A program made the position numbers and the translations under genes. A stretch of DNA of 64,000 bases from positions 208,196,001 to 208,260,000 of the forward strand of contig OZ024741.1 in NCBI GenBank assembly GCA_964016885.1, given 5' to 3'. This DNA comes from Eledone cirrhosa (taxonomy: Eukaryota). Below, piece after piece: positions 1 through 14,329 of the stretch. How positions within the stretch are numbered: the stretch's first letter is position 1; every line of letters begins with the position of its first letter. Below the pieces are notes generated by a model, which saw nothing but the letters and a program-made list of their open reading frames with translations, did not search any database and had not been told where the DNA came from.

Positions 1-2717
1 GTTGTGGTGGTGGTAGATGTGTTGTGGTAGACGTGTTGTGGTGTGTTGTTGTGGTAGATGTGTTGTGTTGTGTTGTTTTACTGGTAGATGTGTTGTGGTG
101 TGTCGTAGTGGTAGACGTCTTATGGTGTGTTGTGGTGGTAGATATGTTCTGGTGTGTTTTGTGGTGGTAGATGTGTTCTGGTGTGTTTTTGTAGTGGTAG
201 ATGTGTTGTTGTGTGTTGTGGTGGTAGATGTGTTGGTGTGTTGTTGTGTGTTGTTGTAGTGGTTGATGTGTTATGGTGTGTTGTTGTGGTAGATGTGTTG
301 TGGTGTGTTTTTTGGTGGTAGATGTGTTATGGTGTGTTGTTTTGGTAGTCGCTGTGTTGTAGTGTGTTGTTATGGTAGATTTTTGTGGTGTATTGTGGTG
401 GTAGATGTGTTTTGGTGTGTTGTGGTAATAGATGTGTAGTGGTGTGTTGCTTTGGTGGTAGATTTGTTGTTGTGTGTTGTTTTGGTGGTAGGTGTGTTGT
501 GGTGTGTTTTAGTGGTAGATGTGTTGTGGTGTCTTTTGGTGGTACATGTGTTGTGGTGTGTTCTGGTGGTGGTAGATGTGTCGTGGTGTATTCTGGTGGT
601 GGTAGATGTGTCGTGGTGTGTTGTTATAGTGGTAGATTTGTTGTGGTGTGTTGTTATGGTAGATGTGTTGTGGTGTGTTGTTGTGGTGGTAGATGTGTTG
701 TGGTGTGTTCTAGTGGTAGATGTGTTGTGGGGTGTTGTGATACTAGATGTGTTGTGGTGTATTGTGGTGGTGGAAGATGTTGTGGTGTGCTGTAGTGGTA
801 GATGTGTGGTGGTGTGTTGTAGTGGTGGTAGATGTGTCGTTGTGTATTGTAGTGGTAGGTGTGTTGTGGTAATGATAGGTCTGTTGTGGTGTATTGCGGT
901 AGTGGTAGATGTGGTGTGGTGTGTTGTTGTAGTGGTAGATGTGTTGTGGTGTTTTGTAGTGGTAGATGTGGTGCGGTGTGGTGTAATGGTAGATGTGTTT
1001 TAGTGTGTTGTGGTGGTAGATGTGTTGTGGTGTGGTGTGGTGGTAGATGTGTTCTGGTGTGTTGTAGTAGTGGTAGATGTGTTGTAGTGTGTTCTGGTGG
1101 TGGTAGATATGTTGTGGTGTGATGTGGTGATAGATGTGTTGTCGTGTGTTGTTGTAGTGGTAGATGTTTTGTGGTGTGTTGTTGTGGTAGATGTGGTGTC
1201 GTGTGTTTTTGTGGTGGTAGATGTGTTGTGGGCTGTTGTGGTGGTGGTAGATGTGCTGCGGTGTGTTGTTGTTGTGGTAGATGTGTTGTGGTGTGTTGTG
1301 GTGGTGGTATATATTTTGTGGTGTGTTGTTGTGGTGGTAGATGGATTGTGGTGTGTTGTAGTGGTAGATGTTTCGTGGTGTGTTATAGTGGTACATGTGT
1401 TGTGGTGTGTTGGTATAGTAGATGTGTTGTGGTGTGTTTTTGTGATAGATGTGTTGTGTAGTTTTGTTTTACTGGTAGATATGTTGTGGTGTGTCGTAGT
1501 GGTAGACGTGTTATGGTGTGTTTTGGTGGTAGATATGTTCTGCTGTGTTTTTGTAGAGGTAGATGTGTTGCTGTGTGTTGTGGTGGTAGATGTGTTGGTG
1601 TGTTGTTGTTGTGTGTTGTTGTAGTGGTAGATATGTTGTGGTGTGTTGTTTTGGTAGATGTGTTGTGGTGTGTTGTGGTGGTATATGTGTTGTGGTGTGT
1701 TGTTGTAGTGGTAGATGTGTTGTGGTGTGTTGTAGTGGTATATGTGTTGTGGTGTGTTGTGGTGGTAGATGTGTTGTGGTGTGTTGTTGTGGTGTGTTGT
1801 GGTGTGTTGTAGTGGTAGATGTGGTGTGCTGTAGTGGTAGATGTGTTGTGGCGTGCTGTGGTGGTAGATGTGCTGTGGTGTGTTGTAATGGTAGATGTGT
1901 TGTAGTGTGTTTTTGTAGTTGTAGATGTGTTGTGGTGTGTTGTGGTGGTAGATGTGTTGTGGTGTGTTATTGTGGTGTATTGTATGGTAGATGTGTTGTG
2001 GTGTGCTGTAGTGGTAGATGTGTCGTTGTGTGTTGTGGTGGTAGATGTGTTGTGGTGTGTTGTGGTGGTAGATGTGTTGTGGTGTGTTGTTTTGGTGTGT
2101 TGTGGTGTGTTGTAGTGGTAGATGTGGTGTGCTGTAGTGGTAGATGTGTTGTGGCGTGCTGTGGTGGTAGATGTGCTGTGGTGTGTTGTAATGGTAGATG
2201 TGTTGTAGTGTGTTTTTGTAGTTGTAGATGTGTTGTGGTGTGTTGTGGTGGTAGATGTGTTGTGGTGTGTTGTTGTGGTATATTGTAGTCGTAGATGTGT
2301 TGTGGTGTGCTGTAGTGGTAGATGTGTTGTTGTGTGTTGTGGTGTGTTGTGGTGGTAGATGTGTTGTGGTGTGTTGTTGTGGTGTGTTGTGGTGTGTTGT
2401 AGTGGTAGATGTGGTGTGCTGTAGTGGTAGATGTGTTGTGGCGTGCTGTGGTGGTAGATGTGCTGTGGTGTGTTGTAATTGTAGATGTGTTGTAGTGTGT
2501 TTTTGTAGTTGTAGATGTGTCGTGGTGTGTTGTGGTGGTAGATGTGTTGTGGTGTGTTGTTGTGGTGTATTGTAGTGGTAGATGTGTTGTGGTGGTAGAT
2601 GTGTTTTGGCGTGTTGTGGTGGTAGTTGTGCTGTGGTGTGTTGTAATGGTAGATGTGTTGTGGTGTGTTGTTGTAGTGGTAGATGTGTTGTCGTGTGTTG
2701 TTGTGGTAGATGTGTTG
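1..2717. repeat. Degenerate G/T-rich minisatellite, unit ~27-30 bp (GTGTTGTGGTGTGTTGTGGTGGTAGAT), with a ~290-300 bp higher-order repeat in the distal part
   Basis: GGTAGATGTG recurs every 27-30 bp. The same variant block (gtggtgtgctgtagtggtagatgtgttgtggcgtgctg...) starts near 1821, 2124 and 2411. The array runs off the window start. Confidence 0.95.
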
Positions 2718-3064
2718 TCAATCATCATAAATGTTTCTTTTTGTTTTAATGTTTTTAAAAAATAAAATAACTACTTGTCGCTTAAGGTCCTCTCCCGTCT
2801 GTCTGTCTTCCAGGGAGTTACGGCGCGCGCGTATATGTGTGTGTATATGTTTGTGTTTGTGTGTGTGTGTATGTGTGTGTGTGTGTAGGAGTGAGGAGGA
2901 GGACTAGGTGACGGGGTTAGACTGACATGTTGATTGTAGAAGTAGTGGGGAGTATGGTGATAGTGGGGGGCGTTTGTTGTGGTGGGTGTCTGGGTAGAGG
3001 TGATGTAGTCTTTGTGGTCGTTATCGTTTTTTTGGGGGGAAGGAGTATATATATATATATATCC

Positions 3065-3125
<61 letters not shown>

Positions 3126-3659
3126 TATATATATATACACACATACATATATATATTCATATATACATATATATAGTGGTGTAGTGGTGGTTGTGGTATA
3201 GTGGTGGTGGTAGCATTGGAGGTGTAGTAGTGGTAGTGTAGCGTTGGTGGTGTCATTGTAGTGGTGGTGGTGGTGGTAGTAGTAGATGGTGGTGGTGGTG
3301 GTAGTGGTGGTGGTGGTTGGTGGCGGCGGTGTGTTCGGGAATTTTTTTGTTATTTGTTTTTCTTTCCTTTTTTCTTTTCTATTTCTTTCTCCAATATAAA
3401 ATTACTCCATTACTACATACCCCACTCCACTAATCCACAACACCATTACCACATCATACAACCCTGTATCACCCAGACTAACGGCCATTTTCAGTCCCAT
3501 AAAATCACTTCAAAGAAGACATTCCAGAACTCAGCTCAGATAATACAAGTGGTTGTATAAAGAAAAACAAAAACAAAAACATAACAAATATATATATAAA
3601 TGTATACATACATGCATATATATATATATGTATATATGTATATATATATATATATATAT

Positions 3660-3736
<77 letters not shown>

Positions 3737-4080
3737 TAAATGGATCATCAACTACTAATAAAGATGATTATGGTGATGATGATAAGAGGGAGGAGTGAAA
3801 AGAGGAGGTGTGTGGGAGGGATAATTTATAATCAATAAATATAAAATCTGTGAAGGAATGTGCCCTAATAATACTGAGTCAAGACATGCTGCAACAGATT
3901 TGTCTATCTACTACTGCCTGACCCTTCCTATGCCACATCACTAACAATATCTAAAAGAACGTGCAAAAGACCGAGTTTCCATGCAGCCTTTCAACCTGCT
4001 AGAAACTGTAGCCAAGTATTACTCAGAACACATCCTAGGGTGCTAAAACAGGGAAGGCCAGATTGGGGATTAACAACGGA

Positions 4081-4285
4081 ATAATAGCAGAACTAATGCA
4101 GCCAGCAATTTGTCGATTAAATTAACACCAGTGCGTTACTGGTACCTTACTTTATCGACCCCGTAAGGATGAAAGACAGAGCTAACTTCACTCGGAGAGA
4201 TTTGATCTCAGATCATAAAGGGTCATAACTATATGCCTCAAAGCATATTATCCAACGCTGCACCGATATTGCCAATCCATCGCCC
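4081..4285 (-). mobile_element. SINE copy of the window's main family (probably tRNA-derived), diverged
   Basis: The reverse complement reads ggcgatggattggcaatatcggt...ctttcatccttacggggtcgataaagtaaggtaccagtaacgcactgg, matching the copies at 28319 and 33712. Confidence 0.85.
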
Positions 4286-4304
4286 TAATAATAATAATAA
4301 TAAT

Positions 4305-5660
4305 TATGCCCTACGCGCATCATAGACAGGCACGGCTGACGGCGTTTCGATGCTTGTAGAGTTTATTTCGAACAGGCAGAACTCCTCAGCAGCATTTCCA
4401 CGCCAGGGATTTCTGGAGGTTGTCCATGGGCCCCGGTTCGGAAGTCCCATGGAAAAGAGTGGTTAGTGGATTTTTCATAGCCCCGCACCCAGAGTATCTT
4501 CAAAAACGTCGTCATTTTCACCCACCACTAAACCTCTATAGAAAGCTGTGGAGATTCAACTAATCGCACTGCCCGATAGGCTGAGGTCTGTGAGCGCTTG
4601 AAGACATTCCAGTTCCTAAGCGCTCCCTCTTGGCGTTTCCTTGACCTAGGACTGCAGCTCTATCAAGGAGACGAGCTGTGGAAAACTGCGACTAAGAAAC
4701 AATGACTACATCTCTTCACCGTAGAAGTAAAGCTGAAGATGACGTAGCCTGGGTGATTGTTTGTGCATCATCAGCCACAGCATGCCATTCTTCCCCATAG
4801 CGGGTGTTGTCATCAAATGGACCATTTAACCATTGGCACGTGTCCCTTCCACGAAAAGTGGAAAAGCAAACGATCTAGTGCGGTCAGACGTGGACCAGGA
4901 AAAGGCATGATGGTCAGTCGGTAGTAGATGACAGATGCGATCTACGTGCTTGCCACTTCTGCCCAACCTTTCAGGAATAGCTTCGGCCTCTGGTTTCCTG
5001 CTTTTTTCCGACAAGAAGCTCTGAAATGGCTTGTAGATCTACACAAATGCTGTGTTGGTTTTTTGCCTTCTATATTTATTCGGAGGTTAACTCCATTGGG
5101 CAACTATATTTAGTCTCAGATTTTTTCTATTTGGTCTGGCTTCACCTGGAGCAAAATTCAGGTTTAACCCAGACCAATTTTCTCTTTCGTTACGGAGTCC
5201 CAACGAAAACGCCTGCCAAAATTCACCAGATGTTTATGCCTAGCGGAATATTTGGTATTCTCAATCTGAAAAATAGGTTGGATAGAGTACAAACTCCTCA
5301 CTCCAACGGGAGTTCACTGAATGTTTTCGTGCAGAAGCTCGACGCTGGTGAACTTTCTTGCTTTAAATGTGGACCACATAGATCATTGCTTCTTTCAGGG
5401 CCTTTTCTGCTTGTGGCCGGTTCAGTTCGCCGAGTCTGTAGGTACACAGTTCGGTAGAAGACCGTTTTTATTTTTGCCTTTTCTACTCCTATTTCAAATG
5501 GCTCCATTACTACTGCCTCCCCTTCTTCGTTTCCTTTTATTTCTTTGGCCTCGGCCAATTCAATATATTTTGTTTTTCAGTGTTGATATAAACATTTCTT
5601 TTTTATTTGCGTTTGCGATTTTCGAGAACGTTTTTGTTGTTGGTTTGTTGTTAGTGTAAT
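4305..5660 (-). mobile_element. Degenerate, internally deleted Tx1/L1-like LINE (ORF1 remnant joined to the post-RT part of ORF2)
   Basis: Antisense ORF 4928 (MTDAIYVLATSAQPF) parallels antisense ORF 48890 (MTDAMYALATSARPF). The minus strand near 5030-5100 reads NGVNLRINIEGKKP, like ORF1 NGTQLPISVEGKRP. (AAT)n lies on both sides. Confidence 0.8.
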
Positions 5661-6372
5661 TAATCTTTTAATAATAATAATCACTACCACCATCACTATC
5701 ATCACCACCATCACCACCATCACCATCATCCTTAACAATCACCACCATGACTCTCACCGTCACTTTCTTAGCATCATCACCATCCATGACAATCACATCC
5801 TCTCTATTAGCCGCTCTATCATCATCACTCTCCTAAACAATCACAGTCGCCCTCTCTAGTCATCACCGACAAACCCTCCATTATTCCCCCTCCCTTAATA
5901 ATAATGCTTCCTTAATATTCTGGTGACCGTCACCCTGTAATGTTATAGATTGGTGAGGGGTGGTATATAACAGACTTGTAACTTGGGGGAGGGGTCAAAT
6001 AGAGTAATTGAGGTTAGTGGAGAGAGAGGGTGGGGATGGTGAAAAGAGAGAAGGATAAAGGAGAGAGGTGGGATGAAGAGAGAGATAGAGGGGAGAGGGG
6101 TGATAGAAAGAAAGAAAGGAAGAAAGAAAGAAGGGGAAAATGAAATTTAAAAGGATCAAAGCGAGACAGACATGACAAAGAGATGAAATATGTGGACTAC
6201 AGAGTTTGGTGACGTCATGGCGGTGATGACGGTCATATCTGATCACGTATCTGGTCGTCTATAACATTCCCTCACCAATCAACCGTGACGGATTATCTTT
6301 TGTCATAGCAGCCATATTGCTTGTTACATTCATTCCTGCTCTCTCACTCTCGCTCTATTGCCCCGCTCTTTC

Positions 6373-6449
<77 letters not shown>

Positions 6450-6895
6450 ATGTCTGTCTGTCTGTCTGTATGTATGTCTGTCTGTCTATCTGTCTGTTTA
6501 TATATCTATCTATCTCTCGCTTTCTTTCTTCTCCCACTTCCCTCTCTCTCATCAACCAACCGTGTATATGTGTATATGTGTGTGCATGTATGTTTATTAC
6601 TACACACTCATACTGCTAAGATATGTGTTAACACCCCACACCTAATGACTGTCATAGTAACACCGTCACGTGTTGCACGTCTTTTCAACAAGTGATATAT
6701 TTGTCGGGGAATAGAGATTTGGAAAGATATTTTGCTGTATCACATTTGCTTTAATTATCATTTTGTTTCGTTTGTTGTGTTTCCATTACGGTCTGTACCT
6801 ACCTCTACATATTTATAATTTGTATACATACATACATACATACATACATACATACATACATACATACATACATACATACATACATACATACATAC

Positions 6896-7093
6896 ACATG
6901 CACACATACAACTCAAAACATCCACATCCACACATACAATAACATCCATATCTACACATGCATGCATGCAGACATATCTTCCTAGTTCATGTGTAAATTC
7001 CAATGACAGAGTCTTGTGTCTATGTTTGAAACCGAATCTCTCTCTATTGGCAAAACATTGTGAAATTATAAAACCAGAAAAACATACATACAT
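6896..7093. repeat. Unclassified dispersed repeat; other copies at ~31175-31390 and (partial) ~7615-7730
   Basis: Shared blocks aactcaaaacat...caataacatccata...cctag...aaattccaatga..gagtc...gaaaccg...tctctattgg...ccagaa..catacatac. Confidence 0.7.
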
Positions 7094-7429
7094 GGCTTCA
7101 AGTCGATTTCGAGTAATGGCATGGCTTGATACTTAAGCATGAGCATCATTGACGTGAGTTTTTAGTCCTGCCAGGGACTTGCCTATGGCCAGCTATGCCA
7201 TGCATCGCAAAAAAAAAAATGTCACATATCAGCGATGCCCGTGCTTGATCTTTTTTAAGTGAGCAAAGGCTTTGCACGGGGCCAATCCCACTCCCTGAAT
7301 ATCAAATGCATTTACCCAAAATGAAGAACTGGTCTATATCATTGGGTGAAAACTAAGTCACAGGTTTTATATCAGAGTGACCTTCTCCTAGAGAGATATT
7401 TTAAAAGGGAAAATTTATATTGAATGACC

Positions 7430-7613
7430 GTTGACTCTCCTGAGCTCCTCCGTCTCTTGGTGGGTCTTGTTTTTCATCCCACAGGGTGTCCAAAATCCCC
7501 CTCGTCACCAAACAAGCTTGGTGGAGTTGCCGGTTTTGTCGCCGACGACCTGACCAAGCACAGTTTGTACTGGGTTAAATGTTACCAGTAGCGCTGAAGA
7601 GCGACCTGGCATA
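7430..7613 (-). repeat. Dispersed repeat, inverted copy of 12676-12840
   Basis: The reverse complement tatgccaggtc...tactggtaacat.taacccagt...ggtcgtcggcgac.aaaccggcaac.ccacc matches 12676 onward. Confidence 0.8.
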
Positions 7614-9104
7614 ACATACATAGATACATATGTATTTACCTAGGTGATGTTTGCATTCCAATGAAAGAGTCCTGTATCTATGTATAAAAACCGACTCAAT
7701 GATGTTATTATCCACCAAGATTGGCAAAAGACAGTTCAGAGTTAAATCCAATTTTTTTTATTTCCACGCGGTAAGTAAATAAATATCTTTTTCTATTATC
7801 TAATGATTCTGACGATGTCTATACAACTGAATTAAATGCCACATTCTTCTGTATTTGAATATCCAGGTTCGAAAAGCAGGCTGGCCGCTTAGGCGTGGGA
7901 AAATTTGTCAAGAATAGAAAAAAACAAACACAGAGATACAACAACACAAAGTCATTAGTTTCACGGCTAGGAAGAAATAAGTGACGGTTTCGGCGTATCA
8001 GACATAAGTCCTACTTCGGGAAATGGGGAGTTCGAAGAGAGAAAATGTTGGGGAGAGAGAAGGAAAACATTTTGAGAAGAAAATTTGGGGAGTAGGGTCG
8101 CGGAAATGAGTGAAGTGCACGATCTTTTCACAGACCCAGCAATGAACGCCCTTAGTAATACGGGTCGTGAGTGAAGTGTATCATGTGTGTGTATGTGTGC
8201 GTGCGTATGTGTATGTGGTTGGTGTTTAGAAGGACATCTTGTTGTAAACCATGCCAAAAACCACCGAGATTTTGTTCTCCGACCAATATAGGAGTGCACT
8301 AACTCCAAATAAAACTGACATGGACCATAAGCACTCTTGCAAACCATGCCACAGGATCAAGAAGACATAAATTAATAATATTTATCAGGTATATATCAGG
8401 TATCTATCAGATATTTTGGTATATTTTGTATATCACGTCTTACACTGCCTAAAGTGCTATCATTTTAAAGATAATGTGATTTGAAAGAAAACTGTGTTAT
8501 ATAACACCATGATTTGTTTCCCCGGTTCTTACTATTCTATTCCTTTTTTTTCTTCACGGCTTTTCCATGATGAAGGTTTACTGTCCGAAACGTTGAGCAC
8601 TCTCACTTTCGATTTTTTTTTCCTTACAATTGAAAACGTATGAGCAAATACTTTGTATTCTTGTTCAGTTTTTCATTTTGTTTTGTTCCTCACACAGTAG
8701 ACGAGTGGTTCTCAAACGCCGCGAAAGAGCAAGATCCGATTTCAAAATGTGAAAAATACAAATTGTAATTCATAATAAAATTCATATATAATTATCAAAG
8801 TGTAAAAAATAAATAAACTAAGAATGAAATAATTGCCAAAAAAACACCAAGTGTATGTTTCTCGTTGATAACTTCGTTCTATTTATTGACTAAAGAAATA
8901 CAAATATTAATTATCTATATTTCTGCTTTATGCTATACAAATATATATGACTACCTCTTTGAATACATTTTCGAATTAACCTATAAACTGAGCCAAAATA
9001 TGTTTACTTGTTCTAAAGTGCGTTGTGAGGAAAAAAAACCCCAACCATTGCAATATATTTAACTCCATGTAAAAAGTGAATAATATTAATTATAGAAGTA
9101 TAGA

Positions 9105-9312
9105 ATTGGCAGTATCGTTAGAACGTCGAACAACATGCTTTGAGGCATAGAATTGCGGTCTTTTAAGTTCTGAGATCAAATCCCGCTAAGTTAGCTTTGC
9201 CTTTCATCCTTATGTGTTCGATAGAGTAAAGTACCAGTAACTGGGGTCGATTTAATCGACTTTACCCTCTCCCAAAATTGACCGTTTGCCTAAATTAGAA
9301 ACCAAAATTAAT
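9105..9312 (+). mobile_element. SINE copy (diverged)
   Basis: attggcagtatcgttagaacgtcg...ctgagatcaaatcccgc...ctttgcctttcatccttatgtgttcgatagagtaaagtaccagtaactggggtcg. Confidence 0.85.
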
Positions 9313-9727
9313 TATAGAATTAGAAAAGTAATTACCCCCCATCAATGGAAAAATATTAGCACAGTTATTAACTAGTTTCAAAATATCACAATAAGGTTTC
9401 ACTTCCAATTCACCATTGTCAACATTGTCAACAGAACCTTGGTTTATTGGACGTTAGCAACGAGTCATTTGACAGGGCAGTGATATGTGGTCTTGGATAT
9501 GGAAATCCTAAACATGATCATATATCTATCTATAATATCATAAAGCTGAGTGTCGTGTGTATGTATTATGTATGTATGTATCCTACACACCTCCCTATAG
9601 TTTCTTAGCTTTACTCTCTCCGTCGCTCTTCCCTCTCTCTATAATATATCATTCTCCCTCTCTATAATTTAACTCCGTTACTCTCTCTGTCGCTCTTCAC
9701 TCTCTAATATTATAAAGCTGAGCGTCG

Positions 9728-9759
<32 letters not shown>

Positions 9760-9865
9760 TTTCACCCTCTTTATAATTTAACTGCTTTATTCTCTGTCCC
9801 TCTTCACTCTCTATATGACAACACTCTTTTACTTTCCGTATCTACCTTCAATATATCAATATATA

Positions 9866-10150
9866 CCCAGGTTCTGCTGCTCGTCGGGCTGAGGGGGCCA
9901 AACTTCTCAAATATCGGTCGCTCTCCGACAGGTTTGCGGTCGTACCCCTGACAGTGGAGACTTCTGGTGTTCTCGGCCCCAGGGCTACCTCCTTACTCAC
10001 CACCATAGGCGCTGAGCTGGCCAGCCGCAGGTGTGAGCCCCGCGAGTTGGAGTGGCTTTTTCAGCACGTCTGCCTTGCCGTCCTCCCGGGAAACGCCTTC
10101 TCCATTCTGTCCGCCGGCGCTGTGGGTGGGCCACATCGCGCACTGTTGTA
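9866..10150 (+). mobile_element. 3' fragment of a CRE-like non-LTR retrotransposon (restriction-like endonuclease C-terminus)
   Basis: Translates AARRAEGAKLLKYRSLSDRFAVVPLTVETSGVLGPRA...WLFQHVCLAVLPGNAFSIL. A second copy is at 26140-26590. Confidence 0.7.
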
Positions 10151-10387
10151 GTTTTTGTATACAGATATTAACTCATCAAACCCATTATTTATATCATATA
10201 TCAACATAGAGATGAGCGTCGTATGTATGTTTAGTTCAAAGGGATAACCTCCTTCAAATTCGGTCAACGCACAAGCAGGTAATACATATATCAAAAGGCA
10301 ACCCTCTTAGAGAGACAGAGAGTCAAAGAGACAGATTAGGAAAACTACACACACACATCTAAAGAGAGAGAGGGGAGAGAGGGGAGA

Positions 10388-10786
<399 letters not shown>

Positions 10787-11415
10787 AATACACGTACTTT
10801 CACATCTGATTTCGCCAATTGCCGGATAACAACAAAACAAAACACACAGACACACAAATGCACATACACACATACACAAACACACATACACATACCCAAA
10901 CACACACACACATATCTATATGTGTGCGTGTGTTTGTGTATATGTATGTATGTATGTGTGTATATGTATGCATGTATGTAAGATCATTGCCCCTTTCTAT
11001 AATTTAACTGCTTTACTCTCTCTCTGTCGCTCTTCAATCTCTATATGACAACGCTGTTTTAGTTTCCGTATCTCCCTTCAATATATACCCATAGAGAGAG
11101 AGAAAGAGAGAGATTTAGAGAAAGATTAAGAAAACTACACACACACATCTACAGAGAGAGACAAAAACAGAGGGAGGGGAAAGGAGAGAGATAGGCTGTT
11201 AGACAGAGAGAGATAAATTAAAGTGTCAGTTATTCAGAGAGAGAGAGAAAGAGAGAGAGAGAGTCGGAAGGACAATGTGACACGTGAGGGTGTGTGATAT
11301 CTTTGCAGTGGATGGTGGGGGCAGGTATACCTAGCCGGACGCCAGCCGGACAGGCCAGCTAGTATATATATATAAATAGCAGTTCTTATATGTGTGGGAT
11401 ATGTATATATATATA

Positions 11416-11580
11416 TCCCAAGGCTCTGATACCATCAACACTATAAACACAGAGCTGGCATATCTAAGAACTGACTAACTGCCTGATGAGGTCATAGCCA
11501 TTCAATGGCTATCATCGAAATATATATAGCAGTAAATAAACGATTATGAGTTCATGCAATTGACTTATGTTTCGTCACTA
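11416..11580 (+). mobile_element. 165-bp hammerhead-bearing element (Penelope pLTR-like) in (TA)n; inverted copy at 25112-25276
   Basis: Near-identical to the reverse complement of 25112-25276. Both copies are flanked by TA runs. Confidence 0.8.
11478..11533 (+). ncRNA. Type I hammerhead ribozyme motif
   Basis: ACTGC-CTGATGA-[ggtcatagcca ttcaa tggctatcatc]-GAAA-TATATA-TA-GCAGT, followed by AATAAA at 11535-11540. Confidence 0.8.
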
Positions 11581-11600
11581 TATATATATATATATGCTGG

Positions 11601-11739
<139 letters not shown>

Positions 11740-11742
11740 TGG

Positions 11743-11784
<42 letters not shown>

Positions 11785-12172
11785 TGATCGAGTATCGAAA
11801 AATCGGCGCACGAGTTCACGATAAACAAAATTCGAAATGAGCGGCAGAGGGCTCAATAATTCAGATGAATCAGAGCTATAACTATCGTTAAAATACCGTC
11901 ACACATAGAACAAGTCTAAAATCAACCATACGATAAAAAATCGATAATAGAAGATTCGGGACAATCAGATAAAAAATATCAATAAATCAATACATCAATA
12001 ATTTAAATGAATGTAAAATCATACCCGGACCCACTAGAAAGGTGTTAAATCTAGCTTCTTGGGTTTCTGTAAATCCTTAGACTGTACTCTATCAGCTCAC
12101 ATATAAATATATAAGACTTCTAGAGCAAGCGGACTGGAAGTTTACTTCTTCAACGAGCTTCTATATATATAC

Positions 12173-12220
<48 letters not shown>

Positions 12221-12221
12221 T

Positions 12222-12314
<93 letters not shown>

Positions 12315-12315
12315 T

Positions 12316-12380
<65 letters not shown>

Positions 12381-12675
12381 GTATGTATATGTATGTATCC
12401 CACACATATCAGAACTGCTATTTGAGAATTTCGGACATAATATGCTTACTGGTCGGCAAAGGGAATAACACGCATGACACGTGTGGATATTTACATCGTG
12501 ATATGATAGCCTGAGTTCTTCAGACAGCAAAACTTATAAAACAATGAAAGTTCATAAAAAACTTTTAAGTTTGGAAAAATCCAATAATTTCTTCGAGAAA
12601 GGTATTCTTCACTTGATACAGAGGGCCAGACGTGTGATGTTGATTCTTCGGCGGCCAGCCTCTGTATGTATATAT

Positions 12676-12840
12676 ATGCCAGGTCTCCCTCGAGTGCTAC
12701 TGGTAACATGTAACCCAGTGCAACCTGTCTCATGGTCGGGTCGTCGGCGACTAAACCGGCAACCCCACCATATCTGGACATGCTGAGGGATGAAATACAA
12801 GACCCGGCAAAGGGCGGCTGAACTCAGCAGAGTCAACTGC
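12676..12840 (+). repeat. Dispersed repeat with hairpins (copy of 7430-7613)
   Basis: The actgg...ccagt and gtcg-tcgg-cgac hairpins are present in both copies. Confidence 0.75.
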
Positions 12841-13310
12841 CATCCAAATAGTATTTTTTTTTTTTGCCTGGGAGTGAAAGCCCCACTACCCCCCCCCCCC
12901 CCCCAAGACACACACACACATTTGTCACAACACCTTTCTAAGAACAGGATACTCTGAAAAAAAACCTGCTGCTTCGGAAGCATCCGATGATGTTGACCAG
13001 TTCTCAGAAAGTGGGATTTGTCGAGTGCAAAGCCTTTCCCCACTTAAAAAACCTTCAAAGCACAGGCATTGCTTGTTCAGGTTATGTTACAGGTTCGTGT
13101 GGCTGGACGTAGCCTAAACGTGCACCATTTTCTGTAATCTGACAAGTAATTGCAATACTCTTAGCAGGGTTTGCAGCCATCATATATATATTTGTGTGTG
13201 AGTGTGTGTGTATGTGTGCGTGTGTGTATGTGTGCGTGTTTGTGTGATAAGATCACAGTTTAAAATATTCATAACGAGACTTATATATGTTTATTTTAAG
13301 TACACATGTT

Positions 13311-13397
13311 AGGGCGATGGATTGGCAGTATCGGTAAAGATTCGACAACCTGCTTTGTGGTATATAGTTACGTCCCTTTACGTTCTGCGCCCAAATC
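13311..13397 (+). mobile_element. SINE 5' fragment
   Basis: agggcgatggattggcagtatcggtaaagattcgacaacc...tagttacgtccctttacgttctg. Confidence 0.7.
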
Positions 13398-14196
13398 AGA
13401 AACAATTATATGTACACATGTCGTATATGCCTTCCTATACACCTCTATTATTCTAATGTTTATATAAGAGGGACATTTTAATATATGCGTAGATTTATAC
13501 AAACCGGCACAATTCTATCTCCTTCTTGAAGCAACGGAAAGCCTGTTTTATGTTCATTTGACTTGTTAGAAATAAGAGGTATATATCCCTGAAATCAAAT
13601 CCAGCCACCTTAAAAATGGAGATCAAATTTAGATAAAATAGTCATAGATAAAATATATCGAAAAATAAGAAGATATGGACATCACTAGAATGTCTTCTGC
13701 TTTATCTGTTTTCTTCTTCTTCTTCTTCTTCTTCTTCTTCTTCTTCTTCTTCTTCTTCTTCTTCTTCTTCTTCCAGCAAAGCCTTATCATTCATTAAAAT
13801 GTCTTAGAAAAGATAGAATCACCATAACGACTGTCACTTTGAAAAACTGGTAATGTTTACAGAATTGATTATCTGCAGACGACAGTTTTATTTGTCGTTA
13901 TTTCTTCCGTTTCCAGTTATACAACAAATAGATGTAAAGAAAAGAAAGAAAGACGTTTTTGACCATTTAGGTTTCCATAATGTTTACTGAGTAATGACGT
14001 CATCAATCTAACAGACGATTTCCGGTGTTACCGTCAAATACTTCCAACTTGTCAATCTTTCATCCTATCATATCACTTTTTCTTTCAAATCACTTTCTCT
14101 CTTACACGCACTCTGACTCTCCTTTTCCCCTTTTTTTTCATTCTGCCTCTAACTCGCTTCCTCTCTCTTATCCTCTTCATACATGCACCCGCACGC

Positions 14197-14242
<46 letters not shown>

Positions 14243-14250
14243 TATATATT

Positions 14251-14329
<79 letters not shown>

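Noticed and set aside
1-2717. Telomeric or CRISPR array
   Set aside because: No TTAGGG units and no unique spacers; animal context with no cas genes.
17-2765. Long Cys/Val-rich and Thr/His-rich ORFs (up to 573 aa)
   Set aside because: By-products of a stop-poor minisatellite that is open in most frames; no unique coding sequence.
8702-8720. hAT-like terminal repeat (gagtggttctcaaac)
   Set aside because: No matching second TIR or 8-bp TSD was found by eye.
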